Assembly: GCA_008632985.1 (NCBI GenBank)
Contig: QPGO01000195.1
Location: forward strand, 1 to 64,000
Origin: Psammoneis japonica
Lineage: Eukaryota
Length of the DNA: 64,000 nt
Reading direction: 5' to 3'
Below the pieces are notes generated by a model. The model was not told the DNA's origin. It saw only the letters and a program-made list of their open reading frames with translations, and made no database searches. A program made the position numbers and the translations under genes. Below are positions 48,501-59,321 of the stretch, in pieces (within the stretch, counting starts at the first letter, position 1; every line of letters begins with the position of its first letter).

Positions 48501-50905
48501 AAACACAGCCTTGACACGTCGACAACACTCATCTGGTGGGGATTCCATTCCTGGAAGCCTTGGGATTTCTTGAGTGCTGTCTCCAGCAAAACGAGGATGC
48601 GACTCAAGGGACGGAGACTGATGCAGTGTCCATCCGTCCAATGGAAGGGTGACCAGCATCGTCTCTCCCGCTTTCACTTGTTTTTCTTTTGATGATTTTG
48701 AGGTTGGCACACAGCATGCCTGTCTCGCTTTCAACAGGCACAACATCTGGCAGTGGTCCTCCGTTGCGGGCACGCTTTCGACTGCTTCGAACAGTGAGTC
48801 TCTTCTTCAAAGTGAAGACTTCGATGTGCCATGACGTCGCCCGCTGTCCATTTGTAGAGACGCCGTTTCAAGTGTGCTGTCATTGTTCTGTGAACCGGAA
48901 TCGATGATCGACCACCACGCTGAAATGCCATGTGCCGAAAGAACTGAAAATTGTCGAAAATCAACGTGAGCACCGAGTCTTCAAGGATGCCATCGCGCTG
49001 CAACTCTCGAAACCTTTGGTGGTTGTCTTTCATCCATGTTGACGCTTTGGATTTGTCAACCTGAAGGCCCATGTGGCTTGCCATTTCGTCATTTCCCTTT
49101 CCGCAAGCCATTGACCCAAGTCGCAGAACAAGCGCAAGGTTCGACAGACTGTGGGCATTCCTCATCCTGAGGATCATGAGGCACATTGCAAAGCAACGTG
49201 CATGTTTTAGCCCCTTGCACTTTTTTTGTTTCTTTGTGTGTGGTGCCTCGGCGACGTCGGTCCACGCCCACAGCAGAGGGCACGTTTCTTGAAGATCTCG
49301 CATCGTGTCAGACAGGGACAACAGCGGCTGGTCAAAGTCGTCCCACCCATTCTGGTGGATGTTTTCAACACGTTCTCCAATCTGCTCATCAAGTCTTTCC
49401 GCCCATTCTTTTCCTTTTAAGATCGGGACGTCTGCAGGATCAATCTCGTCGGCCTGACAATTAGACGATGTGGAATCAATGTCAAATTCTCCCAATTGTG
49501 CCTCAATGCTTTAGCCACCCATGCAAGTCGAATCATTTCATGTGAGTCTCCACACCTCCCTTTCCAGCTGTTGGATTATGGGAACGAGTTGTGCCAATGG
49601 GTGAATGATTTGGGTCTTGCTCTTTGCGTTCCCGTGCATGAGTTTCCCAAGGCCCGACATGTTGGCAAGTGATGACAGTCCCTTTCTTGACCTGCTCGCG
49701 TTTTGTCCCACAACTCAACGTTGCCCATGAACACATCATAGAATTTTACTTCATGACAAAGTCGTTTGGCTGTGTCCTCGCCCGTGACGACCACAGTGAG
49801 GGCGTCACCTCGATTGTGAAAACCTTTGATGATGTCATCCTTGTCTGTGTTGTCCTTGGCAAGCGTCTCTCCTGTTAGATTGGACATCACAGTGCAGTGC
49901 ACCACGGTGCATGTTTCATCGCCACGTTTGAGTGCATGTGGCCCGGTCTCGGGCAATCCAAATCTGGACGGAGAGAAATCTCGGCCGCTGCCAACAACGA
50001 GCACCGTGTCACCTGTGCATTTCAAAAAGGCCTCTTCCATCAGCAGGCGCCTCAAATTGTTCGCATTGCCGTCTTCATCAAACAAAGCCTGACAATGGCG
50101 CAAATTGAATGGTGTGTCAGCACCTTTCTTCAAACCTTCGCCTTTTGTCTGAGTGCCTCGTGTCAACATGCCAGTTGACTTCCTCGACTTGCGAGGAGCG
50201 CGTTTCTTTTTTGAGAAACCACCATTTGGAGCAAAAGTGGAGAGCCGATCAACGCACTCATCATGACTGCTTGCAACCAAGGCCAACCTTCTCATCTCTT
50301 CCGCACTCTTTTCACCTGCCCCAGTGGTCAAAGATTTCGCATCTACATGCGCCGTTTTTCCCATGCTGTCGGTGCACTTGACCGTTGTCTGGAGACAATG
50401 GAAAGAATAAAAGTGGCCTTCTTCATCACGCCTGTCAATTGACTTTCCTCGTGAAAGAGATGAACCCATGTCATGTGCACTGTGCCGGCACTGCGTGTGA
50501 TTCTAAAGGATGATGTGCTGTGCTTAAGGTAAAATTATAAAGATTGTTATCGTGCACTCGTTCGCTGCCGGTGCACTCGAAGTCTCGCTGAGTCAGCTTC
50601 GACGAACAATTCTGAGTCGGGCTTCCAAGACATCTTTTGGATCTTTGAGATCCGATTCTCACATGACACAGGTGAGCGCCTTGCATTGTGTGAAAGTTGA
50701 CGAAATCCGGTTCAAACAATGCCCTGGTAATGCATGATGCAAATAAATGAGCATCCGCCATGGTCTGCATGCATGCAGTGCGTGCATCGCATCGGCGGGA
50801 GGTGGAGGGAGCTTTGTACCAAGTCTAGTAGAATTTTACGCGCCACGTAGAAATCGCGTAGAAAAATTAACTGGCCAGACTGAAAAGTGCAACGCTCCGT
50901 GGGAG
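45536..50905 (-). mobile_element. About 5.4-kb terminal-inverted-repeat element carrying a fragmented DUF6589-like gene
   Basis: Left end CTCCCACGGATCGTTACATTTTTTTCAG...TCTGGCCAGTTAA (45536-45587); reverse complement of right end CTCCCACGGAGCGTTGCACTTTTCAGTCTGGCCAGTTAA (50867-50905); interior TA-depleted. Confidence 0.7.
46450..50469 (-). pseudogene. Fragmented large ORF, DUF6589-like putative transposase
   Basis: Successive minus-strand fragments: LIFDNFQ..R...QRGGRSS, PMHGDLHVGFHLLEAI, FQTSGKPKYV, MAMDDLCEKGNKFLK (resembles the xPxDLxxEHxNxxxK motif). Confidence 0.5.
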
Positions 50906-50970
50906 TGCGGTAAAGATTTCATGCTCGTGGCTGGTTAACGATAAGCCCATAGCCCAATCTCTTTGTCTGA

Positions 50971-51102
50971 CTTCGAGCCAAAGTAAGCTAAATGGTTAGT
51001 GTAAATCGTTAAGTGTCATTTCCACTTCGACACAAAGAAAGCTAAATGGTTAGTGTAAATCGTTAAGTGTCATTTCCACTTCCATACAAAGACAGCTAAA
51101 TG
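50971..51102. repeat. 54-bp tandem repeat, about 2.4 copies
   Basis: agctaaatggttagtgtaaatcgttaagtgtcatttccacttc at 50986 and 51040; partial third copy at 51094. Confidence 0.9.
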
Positions 51103-51549
51103 CTTAACGGTAGTGGTCAGATTTCAAAATCTGAGCAATACAGAAATGTCAATGATGAATAAGGATTTTAGATTGCTTCTGCCGTAAATATCATTACGCC
51201 AATGCCACTAATGAATACACAAATGAATTTGTATTCCATCCTTTTCCTGAACTTTGATCTATCGGCATTTTCGATACGAGTACTCGACGCGATGACAACA
51301 ATGAGGCATGCTTGTATGTGTCATGGCCATAAGCTGTGAGGCGTACCGTCACATTTGGATTGAACTCGGGGATCTTGATGTCGAAAGTAGCCATTTGTTT
51401 GACATTCGTGATTTTTCATCGCCCACAAACTGGGATTTCAACTGAGTCGAGTTGATGTTGGACGTGTTTCAAAGCACTGCATTTGATGAAACAATTGAGG
51501 GCTCTGGAATTATGGCATTTTATGCCATGGAGACTTAAAACAGTACATG

Positions 51550-53500
51550 GGTTGACAATCAAGCAGTGATCGGGTTTGCCAACATTTCCAAAAATGTGAC
51601 AACAAAAATTGCATCACTCAACAACCAACAACATCTCAAGAGATGGAAACAAGAAAAGTGACTCCTCTTTGCACTTGAATTAAAAGAGACAACAATGCAC
51701 AACAAACATTTGAGAAGGACAAGAAGCTCTTGAATGCATGGAACCAGAAGAGAGTCAATGAATCGCTCTTGTTTTGAACCTCTTGACCTGTTCTGTCCAT
51801 GATGGTGGTTGGTTGAAAGGTCGGTGGTGGTTTTTTTATGTGACTTGCAGCTTGAGGCATGTTGATGCATGAACACATGGCCCATGTGTGGTGTCACCTT
51901 TGGAAAGTGCCACTTGTGGAGCTTGAGTGGACAACTCTCTGTGCCAAGCTTTGTCCGCCAAATGCTCCGTCAAAGTCCAGATGCTGCCACATCCCACCCG
52001 ACCATTGACACAAAACAGTTCTTGCAAAATGTTGTTGCCTGTTTCCCTCTTCCTCTGCAGAGCAGCCCTCTTGGTGACAGTGCTGCCCACATGCCAGAAT
52101 GTGCTCAAGAATGCTTTCCATTTTGCCAGCAAAGATGCCCAGCGCGGGGCTGTGTGGGCTCGAATCTCTCTCAAGACAAGCTGACATTTGTGCCTGGCAC
52201 TGGCGGCAATGCTGAGCCCTCCTTCCTGTTTGACTTCCCAGGAGTGTGCCCAGATCTCCTGCATGCTGAGTGGCTCAACCACAAGAGTCGCTGTCTTTGT
52301 CAGTTTTGTCAGCAGGATGTGCCAAGGCTGCTCTGGCCATGTGTGCGCAAGGACAGCTGCGACAGCGCTTTCTGCTGTCAGCAAAGAGTGTGAGCTGGCT
52401 GGACTGCCCAACCCCACACTTCACAGCTCCTTGGCAGTCACCCCAAATCAAGTGCCAACTTGGGGTCAACCGCACCTGGCTGGTTGCAATGCAAAGACAG
52501 CTGTGGCAGCACTTTGTGACAACAAAGAGAGTGCGAGCTGGCTGGGCTCCCAACCCCACACTTCACAGCCCCTCAGCACTGGCTCCCAATCAAATGCCAG
52601 CTTGGGGCCAACGGCTGTGAAGCCATCATTGCAAATCCCTGTGCCTGCCCCCTCACACAGCTTTGCACAGGGTCAACATGTGTGGCCTTTGCAAGATGGG
52701 CCCTGGCTGGCTGCTGGCTCCTCACCCACACGGCTTGCACAACAAGCCACCACAACACAGAGCACTGTGGGGTGAGTGCAGCACAGCCCAAACAAGCACA
52801 CCATGCTGAGATCACCCAGAGTTGGCTGCTGTCCTGGGGCTCCATTCAAAGCTAAGCTGGGCTGCTTGGCTCCTTGGTGTGCAGCACATGCTTGGCATCA
52901 CATTCTCTTGTTGCCAAGCAGCCGCATGGCATGTGCCCACCATTTGTGCCTGCAACAGCGACCCCAGCCACAAAGAAGCCAACAAAAAGTTGAACCTGGT
53001 TTTGTGGTTGAAGAGTGAAGAAACTGTGAGTGAAGTTTGGTTCAAGATTTGTTGGCAATGCCAAGTGGGCAACCAAAGAGAGGCGCCAAAAATGGCTGTT
53101 TTCTTGCTCATTTCTCAAGAGGAGCTTGCGCTCATGATGCAGGGTCTGAAGCAAGCACCAGCCAAGACAACAGTTTTTTTTTCTCTCTGCCCCACTTAAA
53201 ACACAGCCTTTGAGTCAATGTGGTGCTCCTTCAACAACTCACGCACACTGGGAAGAGCAGCTGGAGCCAGGGCAGCTGGCCTGGCAGGGCTTGGCTGACA
53301 CCCAAGCTGGGCTGCTCAGCCTGGTGGCACACACTCAGTGCCACATTGTCACCCTCCTGCAACTGCAATGTGCCCCCACTCTTTGCACCTGCAGCAACCA
53401 CCCTGGATCAAAAGAAGCCAGTGCAACTCTGGCCATGGTTGCATGGTCAATTGTGTGTGTGTGTTCAACGGTTGATTCCCCTCTTTTTTTCTCTTTTCCT
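51550..53500. mobile_element. Hypermutated block 5, family unidentified, with an internal repeat of period about 143 bp
   Basis: TA and CG depleted; gagctggctgg...cccaaccccacacttcacagc at 52392 and 52535. Confidence 0.65.
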
Positions 53501-53774
53501 TTAACCGGCCACGAACATGAAAAAATTGCCGGGAGTGCGCAGTCACCAGAGTGCGCAGTGATGCAAACATCGAAAAAGCATAGAATGGGCAGAAGTGCGG
53601 GGCGGGGCGGCGGACGAACGTTTGTGTTCCCGACGGTCGGTAAGATACTTCTAGATAAGAAAAAACGAAAGCTAACGATGTGAACAAACGCCGAGCTTGA
53701 AGCTAGTTCTCTCCAGAGTAGCTAGCAAAGTTATTGTAATAAATCATCAGGTCAACTCCCTGCAGATCTCGGAT

Positions 53775-53798
53775 GAGAGAGAGAGAGAGAGAGAGAGA
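53775..53798. repeat. (GA)n microsatellite
   Basis: About 12 GA units. Confidence 0.85.
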
Positions 53799-54023
53799 CT
53801 AGTAGAAGTACGAAGTAGCTACTACCTTAGCTACTCGCCTACTTTTCGTTAGTTACTTTTGACGGTCGATCGCTTGCGCGATCGAATCGTTCGTTTGTTC
53901 GTTCGAGAGGACTGGTCCACTCGTCCCCCGTGGCCTCTATCACAAATAGCGACTGGAACAGATAGTTTCACAACTAAGAACAAAACTGCATTCATACCAT
54001 AGCTAGCTATAATTATTTGCGAT

Positions 54024-54845
54024 TCAAACAATATCTTGCGGTTGAAGTATTGTGATGTATGCGGCTTGAAGATATGAATCGACGCTGTTTGGTATAACGG
54101 AATGTTCCACCAAATCCAAATGACAATCGTGATGAATTTGGTGAGCAAACAGGTTCTTGGCTTGTTGTTCTGTTATTAACTTTCCAAAGTCAATGGTTGT
54201 AAAGTACCACAAGAGTGGTTTAAAGAAAGCCAACAAGGGGATTGTCATGCGCTGATATGTTTGCGTAATATAAATCTTTCCGTCAAATCCGTCCAACACC
54301 TTAACTACCGCCCTCAATGCACCCACGGGATCTGGCAAGAGAGAAAAGGACCCCGAAAAGTAAACCCCATCAAACATTGGTTTATGATCATCGGATGTAT
54401 CACTTGGAAACTTGAGCTCGTCGCGTCGCTTTTCTATATCATAGACACTCATACAAACCACCGATATGTAATCTGCCATCCCAGCTGTTGAAATTGCCGA
54501 TTGTGCCTTGGTTACATAGGCTGCATCATAATCTATTCCAACTATACGAATTTTCTTTTCCTTGACAATATCACTACACGCAATCAATGCTCCCGCTGTT
54601 CCGATGCCAACATCCAACAAGGAGGAGTTTGGTTTGAGCCTCAAGAGGACCGTTTTGTACCACACTTTTGTGAGTTTGAGAATGACGGTATCGTACACCG
54701 TGGCTCGAAATTGATGAACCAAAGATGACAACAACGACGGAATGTATAAAGCTGCTGACTTTGTCATATCGGATAGCTGCATCATGGCTGATTTCTTGCC
54801 CATGTTGCTGTCGTCGTTTTTGCTCTTTTTGGCGGTCGTCGTCAT
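54024..54845 (-). CDS. Class I SAM-dependent methyltransferase
   Basis: LLDVGIGTAG motif I, VGIDYD motif II, FDGVYFSGSFSLLPDP. Confidence 0.85.
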   Translation of the reverse strand: MTTTAKKSKNDDSNMGKKSAMMQLSDMTKSAALYIPSLLSSLVHQFRATVYDTVILKLTKVWYKTVLLRLKPNSSLLDVGIGTAGALIACSDIVKEKKIRIVGIDYDAAYVTKAQSAISTAGMADYISVVCMSVYDIEKRRDELKFPSDTSDDHKPMFDGVYFSGSFSLLPDPVGALRAVVKVLDGFDGKIYITQTYQRMTIPLLAFFKPLLWYFTTIDFGKLITEQQAKNLFAHQIHHDCHLDLVEHSVIPNSVDSYLQAAYITILQPQDIV

Positions 54846-55288
54846 GGTTGACACGATGACGTGTTGGTTGTTTTTTGAGTTTTTGAAGTTTTTCGAGGGA
54901 GATTTGACGCGAAAAGATTCGCACGGAAACCGGAGAAACAGAGAAACAGCCAAACGGAATCGGAAGGTGCGCGACGACGGACATTTCAGTCACGTGGGAT
55001 CGAATATTTAACGGTAAATGACCGGATGCACGATTGTTCCGAAAATTCATTGGAATTTCTAAACTTTTATTTATATTGGACAATTAATAGATCTATATCG
55101 TGTCACTATCACAAAACGAAATTATTCTCTTTTTTAATATTTTATTATTTTGAATGATCGATATACTCCGAGCTGTTTTGCAGTATTGCATCTCAATTTG
55201 AACATAAATGTCTACGGGGGATTTTCAGGCATTTTTCATGTGCGTGACAAACCGGCGTGTGTGAAACATTTTCAAGTGCGCCCAAACC

Positions 55289-57790
55289 ATGATGGGCGGT
55301 CCATCTGTATCGTTGTTGCCATTCCCGAGAACTAATCACGACTTCCATCACAATAACAAGTGTCTCGCCATGGCAGCCACCAGTGGCAGCAGCCAAGAGG
55401 AGGAGTTGTTTGATAAGAGCAACTGGGATGAGGACTACTTAGACAGCCTGGAAGTAACGCACGATGATTATCAGAAGCAGATTCGAGGAAAGAACAAATC
55501 CATAATAGGTTCACGACGACGACTTTTGCGAGGCCTGAGACAACGCACATCGCCCAAGAAGAAGTCACCGACAGAGCCATCCAGTCATCATCATCATAAC
55601 AACAACGACAATGCTTCCATAACGAGCAGTATCGTGGGAGAGGGGGTTGCTAAGGGTGGTGGAGGCATTACTGTGGCTTCCAACGATGATACAGTACTCA
55701 TGTCGAATAAGGAGCTGAAATCGCTCTTGAAGCAGAATCGAAAGAAACCCTGGAAGTCTCTGAAACGTATGATTACCGGAAACAACAATAATAGCAGTAG
55801 CAACAAACAGCTGACTTCGGTATTGTCAGATCAAACTATGAATTCTGAATCGTCTCCGTCGGCTGCGTCTCCTTATTCTGTAAGAGAGCGATCACGGTCG
55901 GAAGCTCAGGTGAACTTCAAGGACGAGGAAGCACCTCAAAAGAATCGATTACGCTTTGACTCGGCTCCTCTCTTGGGAAGAAAGAATAAGAAGAATAACG
56001 AACAGCAGCAGCAACAACAGGAGGAGCTTTTGCTGAAACGAGAGCAATCGAACTTGGACGATGCGATTCGTGGCCGACTCGACGGTATGGATGTACTGAG
56101 TTTGGGACCTGCACGGTCGATTTCTATTCCAAAAGAAACAAATGATGATATGCTGGATGAGCCCTTTTCTCATTCTCTCAAATCTACACCACGAGGAATC
56201 GTACGAGATATGATGTGGCTTTCTGCCGGACAAGAGATACCTGAAATGGTTCTGGAAGGCTTCATACCGGCCGGTGATGATCGATGGTTGGTGCGAATGG
56301 ACTTGGACAAGCCACCCGAACTTCCACGTCGACCCAGAAGAAAGAGTGGCAAGCCTCCGAAGAAATCAAAAGTACCGAGAGTGAATCAATCCAGTTCGAC
56401 CGATTCGGCAAATTCCAACGACTCTTCCCGCAGTTCAGACTCGTGGGCGACAACCTTTTGTGCCAACGTTGCCAGTATTGTGGACGCCAACTTTACCTTT
56501 CAGGACAGTTCCAATGATGTGGAACAGTCCATCGAGAAGCTTGTTGGTACACATGCGGACGACGTGTTTCGTCTAACTCATGATGATGATTCCGACCATA
56601 ATGATGAAGACGAGGAGGACGTTACTCCCCTGGATGTATTGATGAAGTCCATGTGGGGAAACTCGCCTCCGCCTCCAACGCACATGTCTCGAACCTCTAC
56701 AACGTCCTCGACAGACGATGGCGACGACGAGGAGCGAGACGTGTTGCAAATGGCAGCCTCATGCTCTGTTCCTGTCGATATCGACGAAGACACCTTTCTC
56801 ATTGATACGGCGGCTCACTTGCAGTCCGTCCATGATATTTGTGCCGAGCCACTCAAGGCTGGTCACTACCGCGATGCTTTACGGATTTTTCAGAAAATAC
56901 TAAAGGGACTCGAAAGTCGAGAGGAACAAGAAGGGCCGCGTCATTTGATTGGTGTTACTCTTCACAATATGGGCATTGTTCAAATGTGGCAGGGCAACCT
57001 TGAAAAAGGTCTTGAGTGCTTTGAACAAGCGGTTGAAGCGCGTGAAAAGTCCTTGTCGCGAAATCATATTGACATTGCCGTGTCGTGTATGCGCGAGGGC
57101 ATTGCATGGTTTGCCCTGGAGAGTTTTGATTTGGCGGTGCAATCGTTTGAACGGGCATTGTCCATGACGACAAACAATAATGCTACAAGGGCAAAGGTCT
57201 TTACCAATTTGGGTGTGGCACACTATCATCGAGAAGACCTAAGCGCTGCCCTCCACAATTTGTCGTCGGCACTTGAAATTCAACGCCTTTGGCTTGCGGG
57301 TCCGGTGAGACGGTCGTCTATTGTCTTTGACGTCTCCATCACACTCACCAACATTGGAAAGGTGTACATGGAACAAAAGGAATACGACGCTGCCATTAAA
57401 ATGTACGAAGAAGCTCTATTGCTACAAACGAGTGCATTTCGCAAGGACCACGACATTGTCTTGGTGAGTCTCGGCAATCTGGCTTTTGCCAAGGCCAAGA
57501 GCGGAGATTATCCAGCAGCCATCCAAACCTATCTTGGCTTGTTGCGTGCTCAAGAAACCAAACACGGTAAACAATCTCGAGACGCAATCGACACGTCGGG
57601 ACTCTTGGGAGTCTTGTATGCCAAGAATGGCCAATTGACCGACGCCATGTACCGCTTCAAAACGGTTCACAAGTGGCAACAGGCACATTTGAAATCCAGC
57701 AATCCCGCGATTGGAAAAACAGAAGACGTTATTCGACAGATACGATCGAGTCTTCAAAGTGAAGCAGGCAGTTCTTCTCTATGGATATAG
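55289..57790 (+). CDS. Tetratricopeptide-repeat protein (kinesin-light-chain-like TPRs) with a long disordered N-terminus
   Basis: 833-aa ORF; repeated TLHNMGIV, VFTNLGVAHY, TLTNIGKVY and SLGNLAFA TPR units. Confidence 0.85.
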   Translation: MMGGPSVSLLPFPRTNHDFHHNNKCLAMAATSGSSQEEELFDKSNWDEDYLDSLEVTHDDYQKQIRGKNKSIIGSRRRLLRGLRQRTSPKKKSPTEPSSHHHHNNNDNASITSSIVGEGVAKGGGGITVASNDDTVLMSNKELKSLLKQNRKKPWKSLKRMITGNNNNSSSNKQLTSVLSDQTMNSESSPSAASPYSVRERSRSEAQVNFKDEEAPQKNRLRFDSAPLLGRKNKKNNEQQQQQQEELLLKREQSNLDDAIRGRLDGMDVLSLGPARSISIPKETNDDMLDEPFSHSLKSTPRGIVRDMMWLSAGQEIPEMVLEGFIPAGDDRWLVRMDLDKPPELPRRPRRKSGKPPKKSKVPRVNQSSSTDSANSNDSSRSSDSWATTFCANVASIVDANFTFQDSSNDVEQSIEKLVGTHADDVFRLTHDDDSDHNDEDEEDVTPLDVLMKSMWGNSPPPPTHMSRTSTTSSTDDGDDEERDVLQMAASCSVPVDIDEDTFLIDTAAHLQSVHDICAEPLKAGHYRDALRIFQKILKGLESREEQEGPRHLIGVTLHNMGIVQMWQGNLEKGLECFEQAVEAREKSLSRNHIDIAVSCMREGIAWFALESFDLAVQSFERALSMTTNNNATRAKVFTNLGVAHYHREDLSAALHNLSSALEIQRLWLAGPVRRSSIVFDVSITLTNIGKVYMEQKEYDAAIKMYEEALLLQTSAFRKDHDIVLVSLGNLAFAKAKSGDYPAAIQTYLGLLRAQETKHGKQSRDAIDTSGLLGVLYAKNGQLTDAMYRFKTVHKWQQAHLKSSNPAIGKTEDVIRQIRSSLQSEAGSSSLWI

Positions 57791-57865
57791 CTAACTTTCT
57801 CATAATTTCATAATTCAAACAGAGATTTGTCAGTCTCTACAAATTCTCTATTGGTTACTGTAGTA

Positions 57866-59015
57866 TCATCTTCGTTGAAAGTCTCGTCCCCGTTTCATTT
57901 TGTTGGACTTTCTCTCGTTCCTCTCGTTACTAAAAGGCGCCTTGAGTAAGGTTCGTGTCATTTTGATTAAATCATCAACTTCCTTTTCGCTCGCTCCACC
58001 ACTTGCCCCAAACCGCACTCGACCGAGTCCATCCAACAAAAAGATATACCCCGTCATGGTATTGTGCATTCTCAGCGCATCGATAAAGTCGGTCGAGTCT
58101 CCATACTTGAGCAACGTACGAGCGTGCAGACTGGTCGGGGTGTTTTGTTTGAGATTGCGAGTTATGAGTCCCTTGAGAAGCGTTCCAATAATCCAGCCTT
58201 CCATTATGCTAATACGGATGATATTGATGCGCTTGTTGTTTTCGTTTTGAAATGCATCTTCAAAGGGCTGCAACCACGACGGCAGAAGTTTGAATCCAAA
58301 GTCCCGAAAACTAATGGCAACCAAGGTACATTGAGCAGCCGGATCCTTGGTACGATTGGTTTGCTGGAAAAATTGGGGGAGACTGACAGTTTCGTCCGTC
58401 AAGGTGATTAAATTGTCCAGAGATGGAAATAGTTGAGCTTGCGACTCTGGAATCAGAGTTGGATTGGATAAGATGGGTTTGTTCTTTGTCTTTTCCAAGT
58501 CCTGAAAAGATGAACGAGCGTCATGAGCGAAGAACCTGAAATACTCTTATGATTGAAATGTAATACTTTCAACATACCTTCATCATCCAAAAGTATCCAA
58601 AAGCACGTTCGGTATAAATCATTCGTTCCTTCCCCGTCTTTTTGTTGACTCGCTTGACAACGTTCCCCGGGAGAATATCTTTGGCTAACGAGTCTGGATT
58701 CATTTGCAAGTGTTGAATTCTTTGAGCAAGCATGTCCGTGTCATCTTCTTCATTACTTGTACTGGAAGAAAACAAGCAAGTCAATGGAATCGTTTCATGT
58801 TTTGCTCGTGTCATTCTTGTCTGCGTGCTACCTCCAATCGACGACGCAAGAAATGAGGTCGAGGTCGAGAAACAAGACGCATTTCGCTTCACTGTCCAGC
58901 TATACTGAAAGCCGTTGCGTTCTCTGCTGATCCAGGTTGAAGCATGTGGGTGAAGTGCACCAAAGCATGACTGTTGTCGTGAACAAGACCTTGTCAATTG
59001 TGAAATGAACGCCAT
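57866..59015 (-). CDS. ATP10: Mitochondrial ATP synthase assembly factor ATP10; 2 exons
   Basis: Presequence-like N-terminus; intron 58577-58502; LRMHNTMTGYIFLLDGLGRVRFGASG ATP10 C-terminal motif. Confidence 0.8.
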
Positions 59016-59321
59016 TGTATACTGTAACTTGAAACTGTGCGTTATCAACAAGCAACAGCGACTGCGCAACTGCGCACTGACCGTAGGATATGATGACGTC
59101 ATTGAATTAAATTCTACGTAAAGTTAGAAGGCATTGAATTTTCGAAAAAAATATTTAGTGGCTGACACGGAGGTCTGTCTGCGTCGCGCTGGCAAGAAAG
59201 CACACAAAACGAAAAACGAAATTGAAAAAAATTGAAAATCAGCATCGCCATAGCATTATTTTATCAACGCCGACAGAGAAGCCGCAACATTATATATCGA
59301 AGCAACAAGCGAGAATAAAGG

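Noticed and set aside
50971..51102. CRISPR-like array
   Set aside because: Head-to-tail tandem units with no unique spacers, eukaryotic context, no cas genes
52380..52620. RCC1-like repeat in block 5 (HSSLAVT...VPTWG)
   Set aside because: Resemblance too weak and not kept in frame in the second unit
29106..54845. Gadusol-like cluster formed by EEVS, GLYR and the methyltransferase
   Set aside because: The methyltransferase is over 20 kb away and neither partner resembles the MT-Ox fusion
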